Part shown: one piece after another, positions 37,381 to 47,472 of the stretch | How positions within the stretch are numbered: the first letter of the stretch is position 1 | How the letters are laid out: each line of letters starts with the position of its first letter | Origin: an uncultured Bacteroidales bacterium | Lineage (GTDB): Bacteria > Bacteroidota > Bacteroidia > Bacteroidales > ML635J-15 | Length of the DNA: 55,555 nt | Assembly: GCA_964527535.1 (NCBI GenBank) | Contig: CAZGPW010000241.1 | Span: forward strand, 1 to 55,555 | Direction of reading: 5' to 3' | Notes under the pieces: generated by a model | Database searches by the model: none | Seen by the model: the letters and a program-made list of their open reading frames with translations, nothing else | Told to the model about the DNA's origin: nothing | Translations under genes and position numbers: made by a program

Positions 37381-38736
37381 TTACAATCGTTTGGTCACGG
37401 TCGTTTTTTCTTTTCTGTATTTTTTATTGTCAACATAAACCTTCAATAGTGCAAACACAAAAAACGGTAACAATGGAATCCGGTATCGTACCAGTGCTCC
37501 AAAGTTAGCTGTAGTTAAACCAACAAAAAATGCCATAACGATAGCAAACACAAAACAAAAAAGTAAAAATGGATCGCTTGTTAATTGCTTTATAAATCGA
37601 AATAAACCAATGCGAAACAATACATAAAGACTAAGCAATAACAACACTATGTTTTCTAAACCTGAAAAAAGCATGAAAGGGCTTCTGCTGTCCCATAAAA
37701 ATGGACGGTATAGGCCGGCCGTGGTAGCTTGTGGAAATTTGCTTAACATCCCTTCCATGGTGGGTTCAAAATCCCCAATATCAAAAGAGTTTTCTCCGTA
37801 ATAATCACGACTTAAATCATTCTGAATGACAACAGCCTGTTTAGCCATGGCATCAAAACCAGTGTAGTAACCACCCACAGTGTCGCCAAGCCGAGCAAAA
37901 GCAAATATGCCGGCACCTATAATAAGCAGGCTAAGCAGGGGCATGATCACAAAGCGCAGGAAAGCCCCCTTTATACGTTGAGCGTATTGTACCAGTGCCC
38001 AAACCAATACGGCAGCAAGCAAGGCAAATAAGATGTAAGGTTTGATGCTCACTACGATATAACCTGATAAAAGCAGGTAGAATGCATACCGAAGCATGTG
38101 TTTTGGCTTAATGATCAAATGATAAAGGCTTACAATAGCCAGCAACGTAAAGCTAAACGTCAGGGAATCCTTGTACAGGCCAGACCCCCAGAACAACACC
38201 GAAGGAATAAACAACACCGCAATGGCTGTAATCATTTGTTGATGCGGGTACAGGCGGCACAAAAAACGATAAAACCGGAAAATAATAAAATAAAGCAAAA
38301 AATTAAGAACCATGGTTGCTAACATGAATTTTTTCAACCCGAGTAAAACAAAAGGCACTAAAAAACGGCTTGCAGCAAAGGCTTTTGGGTCACCGCGATA
38401 TACAGGGTAGCCAGTGTCATTATTAAAAGCAGACATATATTCTGCATCCATATTGCCAAGCATGATTTTCCAAAAAGCATGTAAATTTTCGCTGGCAAGG
38501 TTGATGATACAATTTGCAGAATTAAAGTAATCAGTTGTATCGCCGCCGCCATAATAGTAGATATATACCATGACAAAAAACAGCCCGCCAAACAATTTAA
38601 CTAAAAGCCCCCACATGAAATATTTTTTGTCATCTTCATCCTTAAGGCTGCCCCGGTACATGGCTGCTATCACCAGCATAAAGATTAAATATATGGGCAA
38701 TAACAACCAATCCTCAAGTGTAACATAACTTTGCAT
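37381..38736 (-). CDS. Hypothetical polytopic membrane protein (about 10-12 TM; possible polymerase or GT-C-like)
   Basis: Strongly hydrophobic throughout, with Tyr/Gly-rich loops. I recognise no family motif. Convergent with the GT39/GT2 pair. Confidence 0.55.
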   Translation of the reverse strand: MQSYVTLEDWLLLPIYLIFMLVIAAMYRGSLKDEDDKKYFMWGLLVKLFGGLFFVMVYIYYYGGGDTTDYFNSANCIINLASENLHAFWKIMLGNMDAEYMSAFNNDTGYPVYRGDPKAFAASRFLVPFVLLGLKKFMLATMVLNFLLYFIIFRFYRFLCRLYPHQQMITAIAVLFIPSVLFWGSGLYKDSLTFSFTLLAIVSLYHLIIKPKHMLRYAFYLLLSGYIVVSIKPYILFALLAAVLVWALVQYAQRIKGAFLRFVIMPLLSLLIIGAGIFAFARLGDTVGGYYTGFDAMAKQAVVIQNDLSRDYYGENSFDIGDFEPTMEGMLSKFPQATTAGLYRPFLWDSRSPFMLFSGLENIVLLLLSLYVLFRIGLFRFIKQLTSDPFLLFCFVFAIVMAFFVGLTTANFGALVRYRIPLLPFFVFALLKVYVDNKKYRKEKTTVTKRL

Positions 38737-38833
38737 AGCAAGTAAATATAAGTATAAATTTTACTTGGGCAAGGGTTCCGCGAGATAAAATATCCTTACA
38801 GCCTTTTGGAAAAAGCCGTTCCGTGACATGATA

Positions 38834-40264
38834 CTAATGTGTTATAACCAGTTTTCCTTTTTGGGAAGAGGTTTGATCACTATCACTGCAGGAATACAGG
38901 TAGGTGCCTGGTGTGAGCTTGCTGAGGTCAATCCTGATTTTGTTTTGCCTGTTGTGACTGAATGTTTTGCTCAACACTTTCCTTCCGGTTAGGTCATACA
39001 ATGCAAATATCAAATCACCCTTGCCGCCGGGGATAACGAAAACAGTGTTTCCGGCAGGGTTGGGATATACAGTTGGCTGCTCAGCATCATCACCTGATGG
39101 CAGTCCTGTATAATAATCTACCGTCATTTCATCCACGAACAGCACGCTTCCAGGGTATGCCGTGGCCTCCTCATTCATGTTGCCGGCAGCAAGAATAATA
39201 TTCAGGGTGTCTGCCTGCTGCGCTGTGTTTGACAAAGGAAGCTCAAAATACGTGTACGTTGATTGTTCTGGCAGCATCACCAGGAAAGAATCCAGTACAA
39301 CCGATTCTGCGGCAACATTATCGTAATAAGATGTGACAGCCATTGCCATGGCGGTATCGGTAGAAACCGGTGTGTATTTGTAATACCCGGAAATTACACT
39401 GGGGTTTTCATCAACGTAAAACCCGCCTGCAGGTCCCTCTTCAGTTAGTCTTCCTTTTGTTACCAGACCCATGGTGTCTCCCCACATGGTTACCGTATTT
39501 TCAATTCTGGCTGCATAAGTACCGGTATAACTGTCTGTGGATTTTGTCACGGGGTAATTTCCATCCATTACGTTACCGTAATTGGTGGTAAACCATCCGT
39601 TGGGTTCTTCAATGATTACATCGTTCCAGTTTTCCATGTCTCCATTGGGAAAAGGGTCAACAGCACTACCAACAAAACCTATGGAATCGATGGTAATTTC
39701 GCTGCCAGGTATATTCAAAACACCGGCCCCCAATAGAGAACTGGATGCAAAAACAGTCATGGAGTCCGGTGTTTCCGTCAGGTTGACCGGGGTTGAAAAC
39801 CGCATGTAATTTTGCTGTTCTCCCGTAAATGTGAGAAACGCACCTCCGACATTGCCGCCGTTCTTTTTGAAAAACACCCCCAGTTGAGCGGTATCGTTGG
39901 GCTGGATGTTAAATTTGGCGTAACAATACATAGAGTCGGGTGTGCTGCTGTAGGGTGTGCCTCCGCTCATCAGGTTGTAGCCATCGCTGATTGTCATCAA
40001 GCCTAAAATGGTGTCCCCGCCGGCACTGACGGTTTCCAAATGTGCAGCATAACTGCCATGGTATGCATCTTCAGTGCGGGTGACGTTGTTGTCGGCTCCA
40101 AACATATAGAGTTGCATGTTTGAGGTAAACCAGGGATCCGGATTCCTGTATATGAGTTCATCCGACCAGTTTTCAAACCCGCCGTTTGTAAATAACGGTT
40201 GTGAGAACAGTGGAACGCATAAAAAAATCATGCTTGTCATTAAAATTAATTTTTTCATATTCAT
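38834..40264 (-). CDS. T9SS C-terminal-domain secreted protein with two tandem PCMD-like domains
   Basis: Signal peptide, then duplicated segments starting FTNGGFENWSD...PDPWFTSN and FPNGDMENWND...PNGWFTTN, and a CTD ending TVYPNPAGNTVFV...GTYLYS. Confidence 0.75.
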   Translation of the reverse strand: MNMKKLILMTSMIFLCVPLFSQPLFTNGGFENWSDELIYRNPDPWFTSNMQLYMFGADNNVTRTEDAYHGSYAAHLETVSAGGDTILGLMTISDGYNLMSGGTPYSSTPDSMYCYAKFNIQPNDTAQLGVFFKKNGGNVGGAFLTFTGEQQNYMRFSTPVNLTETPDSMTVFASSSLLGAGVLNIPGSEITIDSIGFVGSAVDPFPNGDMENWNDVIIEEPNGWFTTNYGNVMDGNYPVTKSTDSYTGTYAARIENTVTMWGDTMGLVTKGRLTEEGPAGGFYVDENPSVISGYYKYTPVSTDTAMAMAVTSYYDNVAAESVVLDSFLVMLPEQSTYTYFELPLSNTAQQADTLNIILAAGNMNEEATAYPGSVLFVDEMTVDYYTGLPSGDDAEQPTVYPNPAGNTVFVIPGGKGDLIFALYDLTGRKVLSKTFSHNRQNKIRIDLSKLTPGTYLYSCSDSDQTSSQKGKLVITH

Positions 40265-40284
40265 ATCGGTTTTGGTTTGTAGTG

Positions 40285-40292
40285 CAAATATA
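40285..40292 (-). promoter_or_regulatory. Candidate -7 box (TATATTTG on the minus strand) for the T9SS cargo gene
   Basis: Plus-strand CAAATATA is the reverse complement of TAnnTTTG. It lies 20 nt upstream of ATG 40264. Confidence 0.35.
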
Positions 40293-40399
40293 AGAAATTC
40301 TGATTATAAGGAAATCTTAAGAAAGTCAATTTGATATAAAGACTAAAATTTTACTGTGTAAATATTATTGCCATCTGGTGTAATTAATTTGAAATGAAA

Positions 40400-41125
40400 T
40401 TAATGATAAATCGCCTTTAAAATTTCGTAAGATTTTAACTTTCCGAAATTTGGAATGTGACGGTCAAAGTAGTTCAATACAGCTTCTATACCCAGTCTCC
40501 TGTCCGCATTGGAAACGCCGTTTTCGGGAATTTCATCAAAAGAATAATTCATAAAACGGTAAAGTATTCCACTTTCTCTTTCAGTAAGGCATGATGAACT
40601 AATAAGAGCATCGCCCACAAAAAGGCCGGAGTCCATATCAAGGTATTTATCGTTACTATTCCACTGGTTTCCCGGTTCAAAACCCAGGTATTTCATAAGG
40701 TGGGTGAGAAAATACAAATGAAAATTAACGGCTGCTTTATCTAGCTTATCGAATTTTACAACAGCATACCAGACATAATGAAAAAGTTCCTTATCAGGTT
40801 CCATTTCTTTGATACAGCGATTTAATACATCAGCCAATAAAATAACGATGCTTTGTTTTTGGAATTCAACAGTCAGGTTATTAGCAGGGGAGGCAATTTG
40901 GACATCTGTAAGTTGCTGAATATTCCTGTTTTCCTTGTAGGAAAGTTCAATATTTAACAAATTTAATGCTTGAAAATACCCGGCTTTTCCATTCGATTTT
41001 TTCCCTTTGTTTTTGTTTACCATCAGTGGAATTTTCCCCAAATCAGGCGTAAGCACATGAGTAATTATGCGGGAATCTGAATAATTCAGGTGATTGAGCA
41101 TAATTGCTTTTGTTTTAACCAACAT
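40400..41125 (-). CDS. recO: DNA repair protein RecO
   Basis: N-terminal OB fold (KTKAIMLNHLNYSDSRIITHVLT), 241 aa, family-typical layout. Sits 5 nt downstream of the PorZ-like gene. Confidence 0.85.
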   Translation of the reverse strand: MLVKTKAIMLNHLNYSDSRIITHVLTPDLGKIPLMVNKNKGKKSNGKAGYFQALNLLNIELSYKENRNIQQLTDVQIASPANNLTVEFQKQSIVILLADVLNRCIKEMEPDKELFHYVWYAVVKFDKLDKAAVNFHLYFLTHLMKYLGFEPGNQWNSNDKYLDMDSGLFVGDALISSSCLTERESGILYRFMNYSFDEIPENGVSNADRRLGIEAVLNYFDRHIPNFGKLKSYEILKAIYH

Positions 41126-41130
41126 AATTT

Positions 41131-43524
41131 TTAATTGATAAACAGTATCTTGGTTACGTTGGATTTGGTGCCATCTTCATTGGCAGAAAATACCAGATAA
41201 ACGCCGGTATGCACGCGATTACCATTCATGTCTGTACCTTCCCAAAGCGCTTGCCCCCCTTCGGAGCGGGTTTCAAAAACTAAATTGCCAGCCACGTCTG
41301 TAATTTTCACAATTGATCCGGCAACCAATCCATGTATGGTAATCGGGCCATTATATTCCGGCCTGACGGGATTCGGAAACGCGTAAACGTTGTCAAAATT
41401 TTCTTTGGGTTCACTGGCTTCACCTCGATACGATATTAAGCCTTCACTTGTCATGATGTAAACCTCCCCTGATTCAGGCACAATGTCCATGCTAATGATG
41501 TTGTTTGAGAACAGGGGACTGTTATCTTTATTGAAACTATGAATTTGAATAATGCCGTCAGCGGAAGTTTTATAAACACCTCCGGTTTGGGTTCCAAACC
41601 ATTTTTTATTGGCACCATCAACACACACATTCGTTACGGTTTGTGCACCCAGTAAAATATCGGCATTGTCGGTGCCGTCGTTTCGCGGGATGAGTACCTG
41701 GGAAGCAAAAATATTTTCTTCAAACACATTTTCAGGGTTATGATAAACCACAACACCTTTGCTTGTTCCTAACCATATAGCACCGTTTTTGTCTTCAGCA
41801 ATATCATACACATCATTGGAAATAATCTCGCCATATTCATTCGTTACCGAAATTTTTTTCGTCTTGTCATCACTCAGGTCAGCAGGTGTTCCGTTGTCAT
41901 CAAAAGCAAAAAGGCCGTTGCCTCTTCCCAGAATCATCCATTTATGGTTATTTTCTGTAACAATGATTTTTCCCAGGTCGGGGCAATTGATTTGGTTGTT
42001 GTAGTTGAGTCCTGTCCACTCCCCGCCAGGGGTTCTGACATGCACCGGAATTGACCCGCCGGAATTCACAACCCAAAGGTTTTGATCGTCATCAAAAGCA
42101 AGTCCCCCGATGCGTATATAACCCACATCCGGAATTTGTGTGAGGGTAGAGTTGCTATCGGTGTAATGTTTCATAACCTGGTTGTTTTTCAGTTCAAGCA
42201 CTCCTTTTCCCCACAAACCGACAAAGGCCTGGCTTGTATTATGTGGATTGATCGCAACCACGACGGGGTCACGTAAGCCTTCAAGCACCTCGTCATAATC
42301 TTCGGTCAGGAAATCCCAGGTTTCTTCTTTGAACATGTTAATTTCAACATGTTTGTACCTTCCTCCCCATGCCTTATCACGGCCTCCCCCAACCGTATAA
42401 ACCACAGATCCTTCAGCATCAACGCTAAACCCGTCTGAAGAAACCGGGCCGTTAAGTGTAATAATCTGATGTTTCCATCTACCTTCCTGTAAACACAGAC
42501 CTTCCCTTTTATCTGCAATAATCAGTTCATATTTGTCTTCGTTTCCCGGTAAAAAATGCATGGGTTGAGGGGATGGATTTTCTTGGCCATACAATGCATA
42601 CTGATATACATCGCTTGTCATGTCAAAATCCTTATTGTAGAATAATATTTTGTATGCCCTGTTGAGAATCAGAGATTCTCCGTTATTGGTTATGTATCTG
42701 CACGATGTAGTGAGGCTGTCAGGAAAATAACTCCAGTTTTCATCTTCATAAATATATAACCTGTCGGTGTCATTAGAATCAGGCACATGGCGATTTACAA
42801 TGAGTTTGTCATCAAAATATTCCAGTGTGTTGTAATGCTGGTTCGTAAGGTGATAAAAAGGGTCTCCCATCGGCATGTTTGTAATGATTTCCCAATTGTT
42901 GTAATCTGCCAGGTTATCGTTATAAAAATCGCCGCGATACACACCATTTTCTGTGGCTGCATACAAATATTGTCCGTCAAACTCAGTCTGATATACTTTC
43001 AGATAACTTCCCATATCACCGATGTAATATGTGTATTTGATTTCCTGTCGTTGCATATCCAGCATCACTATGCCAAAGCCGGTAGATAACACGGCATAGT
43101 CATCCACAAACAGGATATGATTGATGGATTTTACGGCGGTGATGTTTTTCCGCTTGATGTCAGACAGGTTGGTGATGGAATTGTTTTGTAAAAAATCAAG
43201 GTTTCCGTTTTGATAACCGATGACCAACATATCAAATGTTTCGCTGTAAGCAATGTACCCAATCCCAATATCAGACAAAGCAGTGACTTTATTAAGCTTT
43301 TCAAGTTCACCGTTGCTCTTGTGATAAGAAAACATGGCTTCATCCGTTGCAAGAAAGATTTTATCACTGCTTTCTGCCACGCAATTGCCTTTTTTATAGG
43401 GTAAATGACCCCTCCACTGGCCAACACCCACCTGTGAAAATGCAATCTGAAAAAGGATAAGTAAACAGCCGGTAACAATGATTTGGCGAAATGATCTCAT
43501 TCTAAATATTTTTGGCCGGGGCAT
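41131..43524 (-). CDS. porZ: PorZ-like T9SS component (double beta-propeller plus CTD)
   Basis: About 790 aa with a signal peptide, two-component-regulator-propeller-type repeats and a C-terminal Ig-like CTD (VYAFPNPVRPEY...GVYLVF). It sits immediately upstream of recO, an arrangement I recall as common for porZ. The likely true start is ATG 43500 (MRSFRQ...). Confidence 0.6.
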   Translation of the reverse strand: MPRPKIFRMRSFRQIIVTGCLLILFQIAFSQVGVGQWRGHLPYKKGNCVAESSDKIFLATDEAMFSYHKSNGELEKLNKVTALSDIGIGYIAYSETFDMLVIGYQNGNLDFLQNNSITNLSDIKRKNITAVKSINHILFVDDYAVLSTGFGIVMLDMQRQEIKYTYYIGDMGSYLKVYQTEFDGQYLYAATENGVYRGDFYNDNLADYNNWEIITNMPMGDPFYHLTNQHYNTLEYFDDKLIVNRHVPDSNDTDRLYIYEDENWSYFPDSLTTSCRYITNNGESLILNRAYKILFYNKDFDMTSDVYQYALYGQENPSPQPMHFLPGNEDKYELIIADKREGLCLQEGRWKHQIITLNGPVSSDGFSVDAEGSVVYTVGGGRDKAWGGRYKHVEINMFKEETWDFLTEDYDEVLEGLRDPVVVAINPHNTSQAFVGLWGKGVLELKNNQVMKHYTDSNSTLTQIPDVGYIRIGGLAFDDDQNLWVVNSGGSIPVHVRTPGGEWTGLNYNNQINCPDLGKIIVTENNHKWMILGRGNGLFAFDDNGTPADLSDDKTKKISVTNEYGEIISNDVYDIAEDKNGAIWLGTSKGVVVYHNPENVFEENIFASQVLIPRNDGTDNADILLGAQTVTNVCVDGANKKWFGTQTGGVYKTSADGIIQIHSFNKDNSPLFSNNIISMDIVPESGEVYIMTSEGLISYRGEASEPKENFDNVYAFPNPVRPEYNGPITIHGLVAGSIVKITDVAGNLVFETRSEGGQALWEGTDMNGNRVHTGVYLVFSANEDGTKSNVTKILFIN

Positions 43525-43605
43525 TTTATTTCCAGCACGTTGTTAACGTTACAACAAATAAAACAGTTTTTTTTCATTTTTAGTATTAGAAGTTCCCTTA
43601 AAAAA

Positions 43606-44187
43606 TCAGAATTTCTGTTGGTTTAAAAAGCTTGCCATTTTTTTCAATGCTGTTGCCCTGTGACTGATGTGATTTTTTTCATTTTCACTCATCCCGGCAA
43701 AGGTACATTGATAACCATCAGGGATAAAAACCGGGTCGTAACCAAATCCCCCGGTGCCGGACAAATGTTTAGCAATTTTGCCTTCAACAATGCCTTCAAA
43801 AAAATAAGGTTTACCATGTAACATAAGACAAATTACCGTACGAAAACGGGCTTTTCGGTTGGTTACACCATGTAAATTGTGCATTAATTTGTTTAAATTT
43901 TCAGAACTGTTTTGTGCTGGTCCTGCATAGCGGGCAGACCGTACACCTGGCATCATATCAAGCGCATACACTTCCAGGCCTGTATCATCGGCAAAACAAG
44001 GCTGATTTGTATGATTATAAACAACACCGGCCTTTATTTGCGCATTGCCTTTAAGGGTGGCGGCTGTTTCTTTGATGTCCTGTTTAATACCAACATCACG
44101 TAAGCCTAAGATGTTGTATTTCTTATTTACAATCCCTTTTACTTCGTTTAATTTATGGGGATTGTTGGATGCAAAAATCAGATTCAT
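43606..44187 (-). CDS. rdgB: Non-canonical purine NTP pyrophosphatase (RdgB/HAM1)
   Basis: FASNNPHK, DDTGLEV, GGFGYDPVF and ISHR motifs. Confidence 0.93.
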   Translation of the reverse strand: MNLIFASNNPHKLNEVKGIVNKKYNILGLRDVGIKQDIKETAATLKGNAQIKAGVVYNHTNQPCFADDTGLEVYALDMMPGVRSARYAGPAQNSSENLNKLMHNLHGVTNRKARFRTVICLMLHGKPYFFEGIVEGKIAKHLSGTGGFGYDPVFIPDGYQCTFAGMSENEKNHISHRATALKKMASFLNQQKF

Positions 44188-45005
44188 TCCGTTCTGAAAT
44201 CAATGTTAGAAATTACCTGACGAACGATGTCGGGAAAATAATTTTTTACCACCGTTTCGGGGTCGTTTAAATGATAAGGGATTTTAACCGATGCAAAACT
44301 TCCATGCAACAATTTTCCGTCGGCTCCATACAGGCTATAATGTAGTTTTATTAACCGTGCTGCATCACCATCTCCGGTAAAATACGGGTCGCCATACATA
44401 CCTTTGATTTCAAGTTGATTGACAAACAAAATTTTGTCCAAATCCCGGCGTTTTGCCAAATCCGGTATAAATTCAGGGTTGCTGAATGTAATGTGAAGGT
44501 ATTTATCATCGGTACCATAACGCCTGCCTCTGACTTCTCCATCTTCTCTCCTGGTTTTTACAACGGTATCTTTATACTGTTTTTCTTTCCACTGTTTACG
44601 TAACTTCCCAAGGAACCGTTCTTCATTTTCCTCAACTTTTTGTTTGTCCGGCATAGCACGTCGCATTTCATATGAAACTGTAGTATAAAGGCCTAACAGA
44701 TCATTCCGTGCTTCGGTGGTATATGATTGATTCAGGTCAATGGCTTCACATGAATCTACCATGGCCAATTGCAACCGTCTGTTGATGTTATTTCTCAGGT
44801 AATCACGCAACTCATCATAAGACATGCCGCTGTTTTTGGTCCATACCTCACTGGCATCATTGAGATATATTGAAGGATCAAAAGGTAAAATTATAACACG
44901 CTGATCGTAATCATCCGGGAAAAAATGCCCATCCTCCTGCGCGTTTAGTTGCGAGCTAAACACAATAGAAAAAAACAGGCAGGTATGTAATAATTGTTTC
45001 ATCAA
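44184..45005 (-). CDS. Hypothetical secreted protein
   Basis: Signal peptide (FSSQLNAQ), with 4-nt overlaps to both neighbours (rseP upstream, rdgB downstream). I recognise no family. Confidence 0.6.
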   Translation of the reverse strand: MMKQLLHTCLFFSIVFSSQLNAQEDGHFFPDDYDQRVIILPFDPSIYLNDASEVWTKNSGMSYDELRDYLRNNINRRLQLAMVDSCEAIDLNQSYTTEARNDLLGLYTTVSYEMRRAMPDKQKVEENEERFLGKLRKQWKEKQYKDTVVKTRREDGEVRGRRYGTDDKYLHITFSNPEFIPDLAKRRDLDKILFVNQLEIKGMYGDPYFTGDGDAARLIKLHYSLYGADGKLLHGSFASVKIPYHLNDPETVVKNYFPDIVRQVISNIDFRTE

Positions 45006-46303
45006 AACAAGTTAATAATATCGTTTCCAATAATCAAAATCATAAGCCCAAGTACAATTATCAGGCCAATCAGTTGTACTATTTCCATGAATCTATCCGG
45101 CAATTTACGTCCAATGATCATTTCGATGAGTGTAAACAATACGTGTCCTCCATCCAATGCAGGTATTGGAAGAATATTCACAAAAGCCAATACCATGGAA
45201 ATTATTCCGGTTAACATCCAAAATCTGCCCCAATGCCATGTTCCACCAAATGTTTTGGCAATACCAATAGGCCCTTGCAGGCTGTCACGGGCTTTTTCTT
45301 CTCCTGAAAATACTTTCCCCATCCCTTTTGCATTTGCTTTCAATGATTCAAAGGCATCTTTCCAGCCATATTTCATGGCGGTAAAAAAGGTATATTCGGT
45401 GGTCGGATATTTACTTTTTAACCGAATCCCTATCGTCCCGGAACTATCTACAGGAATATCAAGAACCATCGTATCACCCAGCCTGGTTATTTTCATATTC
45501 AGCGTATCGCCTGCATTTTTCAGGAGTTTTTCCATATATTCCCCTTTAAGGTGTACCGTTTCTGAGTTGATGCTGATAATCTTGTCGGTTTCTTTTAATC
45601 CCGCTTTATGTGCATTATATCCCTCGGGAACGTCTTCAATTTCCAGAGGGTAATTCTGAAAAGAAAGCAACATACTTTCCGAGTTCATAACATAACGGTA
45701 CAGTGTATCCGGCAGGGGAATGGTCATGAGGTTCCCGTTGCGTTTGATGGTAATTTCATTTCCAAGGTACAGGCGTGTGGAAATAACATCCGTGACCCGG
45801 TTGACTTTTTTTCCGTCAACAGCAATAACCTGATCACCGTTTTGCAGGCCAATTTTCTCAGCGTATTCATAAGCATAAATACCGTCAACCACATCATCAA
45901 GATCAATGTAGGCTTCACTAAAGGCCATGAGTGAAAAGGTAAAAATCAGCACCCCGGCAATGACATTCATAACCACACCTGCTGTCATCACAATGAGTCG
46001 TTGCCATGCTGGCTTTGAACGAAATTCCCAGGGTTGTGGTGGCTTTTTCATTTGCTCTTTGTCCATCGATTCGTCAATCATGCCGGCAATTTTCACATAA
46101 CCACCGAGGGGAAGCATACCAACACCATATTCTGTTCCACCGACTTTTTTACTGTATATTTTCCCGGGCCAGTCGAAAAAAATAAAAAATTTATCCACTT
46201 TAATGTTAAATGCGCGTGCTGCCAGGAAATGACCCAGTTCGTGTACAAATACTAAAATCGACAAAGCCAGCAAAAGCTGGGCTGTCATCACTAATCCGTT
46301 CAT
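45002..46303 (-). CDS. rseP: RIP zinc metalloprotease RseP (site-2 protease)
   Basis: HELGHFLAA zincin motif in TM1, PDZ region, and C-terminal NxxPxxxLDG motif (NILPIPALDGGH). Confidence 0.93.
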   Translation of the reverse strand: MNGLVMTAQLLLALSILVFVHELGHFLAARAFNIKVDKFFIFFDWPGKIYSKKVGGTEYGVGMLPLGGYVKIAGMIDESMDKEQMKKPPQPWEFRSKPAWQRLIVMTAGVVMNVIAGVLIFTFSLMAFSEAYIDLDDVVDGIYAYEYAEKIGLQNGDQVIAVDGKKVNRVTDVISTRLYLGNEITIKRNGNLMTIPLPDTLYRYVMNSESMLLSFQNYPLEIEDVPEGYNAHKAGLKETDKIISINSETVHLKGEYMEKLLKNAGDTLNMKITRLGDTMVLDIPVDSSGTIGIRLKSKYPTTEYTFFTAMKYGWKDAFESLKANAKGMGKVFSGEEKARDSLQGPIGIAKTFGGTWHWGRFWMLTGIISMVLAFVNILPIPALDGGHVLFTLIEMIIGRKLPDRFMEIVQLIGLIIVLGLMILIIGNDIINLF

Positions 46304-47472
46304 ACTTTTATTTTCTTTAATAAATTTTCAGCATGAATTCTGGCTCTTCTGTCAGAATTCACAAAATCGTTAATACTATCAGGATGTTGTACCGGTAGAG
46401 CATTTAAACATTCACCGTTGATTTCTGCAATTTGATTAAACCTTATTGTGCGTTTTAGAAAAGCATCCACTGCCATTTCATTTGCTGCATTAAGTGTACA
46501 TGGTGCATCACCACCCATTTTAAGCGCATCGTATGCAAGTTTTAAATTGGGAAAGTTGTATGTATCTGGTTTTTCAAAATGCAAACTTCCGATTTTGGTT
46601 AAATCAATGGGTTCTACATGCGTTGAAATTCGGTTGGGCCAGGAAAAAGCATACTGTATAGGGATTCTCATATCGTTGTTCCCAAGTTGTGCTTTCATGG
46701 ATCCGTCAATAAACTCTACCATGCTGTGTACTATGGAAGAAGGGTGCACAATCACCTCAATTTTTTCAGGGGGAAGTGAAAACAACCAATGTGCTTCGAT
46801 GACCTCCAGGCCTTTGTTCATCATGCTGGCAGAATCGATGCTTACTTTATTGCCCATATTCCACGTGGGATGATCCAGTGCATCTTCAGGGCTAACCCCT
46901 TTAAGGAATTTTATGTTTTTTCCCCTGAACGGGCCGCCTGAAGCCGTCAATATGAGTTTTTTAATGCCGGTGGTTGGCTCCCCCATAAGGCACTGAAAAA
47001 GCGCTGAATGTTCAGAATCTACCGGAATTACAGGTGCCTGGTATTGCTTAATCTTTTTGGTAATCAAGTCGCCTGCTACCACAAGGGTTTCTTTGTTAGC
47101 CAGCGCAATGGTTTTTCCGGCTTCTATGGCCTTAATAACAGGAATAAGCCCCTTAAATCCTACCATTGCAGCAAGCACCACGTCAATTTCAGAAAATTGC
47201 ACAACATCGTATATGGATTCTTCTCCTGTAAACACTTTGGTATCCGTTCCGGAAAGTTCACGGGAAACCATATCATACTTTTCTTCGTTGGCAATAATCG
47301 CAATATTAGGTTTAAATTCTTTTGCCTGAGAGATGAGCAAATCAGCATTGCTCCCTGCAACCAACACCTCAACACAGAATTTATCCTTGTGATTTCGTAC
47401 CACATCAAGCGCCTGTGTCCCAATTGACCCTGTTGATCCCAGAACAGCAATATGTTTAATGGGTGTATTCAT
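46300..47472 (-). CDS. dxr: 1-deoxy-D-xylulose-5-phosphate reductoisomerase
   Basis: LGSTGSIGTQ NADPH motif, LANKE, PVDSEHSA and NAANE motifs. Confidence 0.96.
   Translation of the reverse strand: MNTPIKHIAVLGSTGSIGTQALDVVRNHKDKFCVEVLVAGSNADLLISQAKEFKPNIAIIANEEKYDMVSRELSGTDTKVFTGEESIYDVVQFSEIDVVLAAMVGFKGLIPVIKAIEAGKTIALANKETLVVAGDLITKKIKQYQAPVIPVDSEHSALFQCLMGEPTTGIKKLILTASGGPFRGKNIKFLKGVSPEDALDHPTWNMGNKVSIDSASMMNKGLEVIEAHWLFSLPPEKIEVIVHPSSIVHSMVEFIDGSMKAQLGNNDMRIPIQYAFSWPNRISTHVEPIDLTKIGSLHFEKPDTYNFPNLKLAYDALKMGGDAPCTLNAANEMAVDAFLKRTIRFNQIAEINGECLNALPVQHPDSINDFVNSDRRARIHAENLLKKIKV

Noticed and set aside
44994-45653. 219-aa plus-strand ORF antisense to rseP
   Set aside because: It lies entirely within the well-supported rseP CDS. 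Its product is a low-complexity Ser/Pro/Ile-rich sequence with no recognisable family and no promoter or own intergenic space. It is a typical shadow ORF.
46858-46871. Possible third copy of the CACGTG palindrome (ATTCCACGTGGGAT inside dxr; also CACGTGGAA in rnhA near 23375)
   Set aside because: These are only partial matches, located in conserved coding sequence and explained by codon content. They were not counted as copies of the 14-mer.
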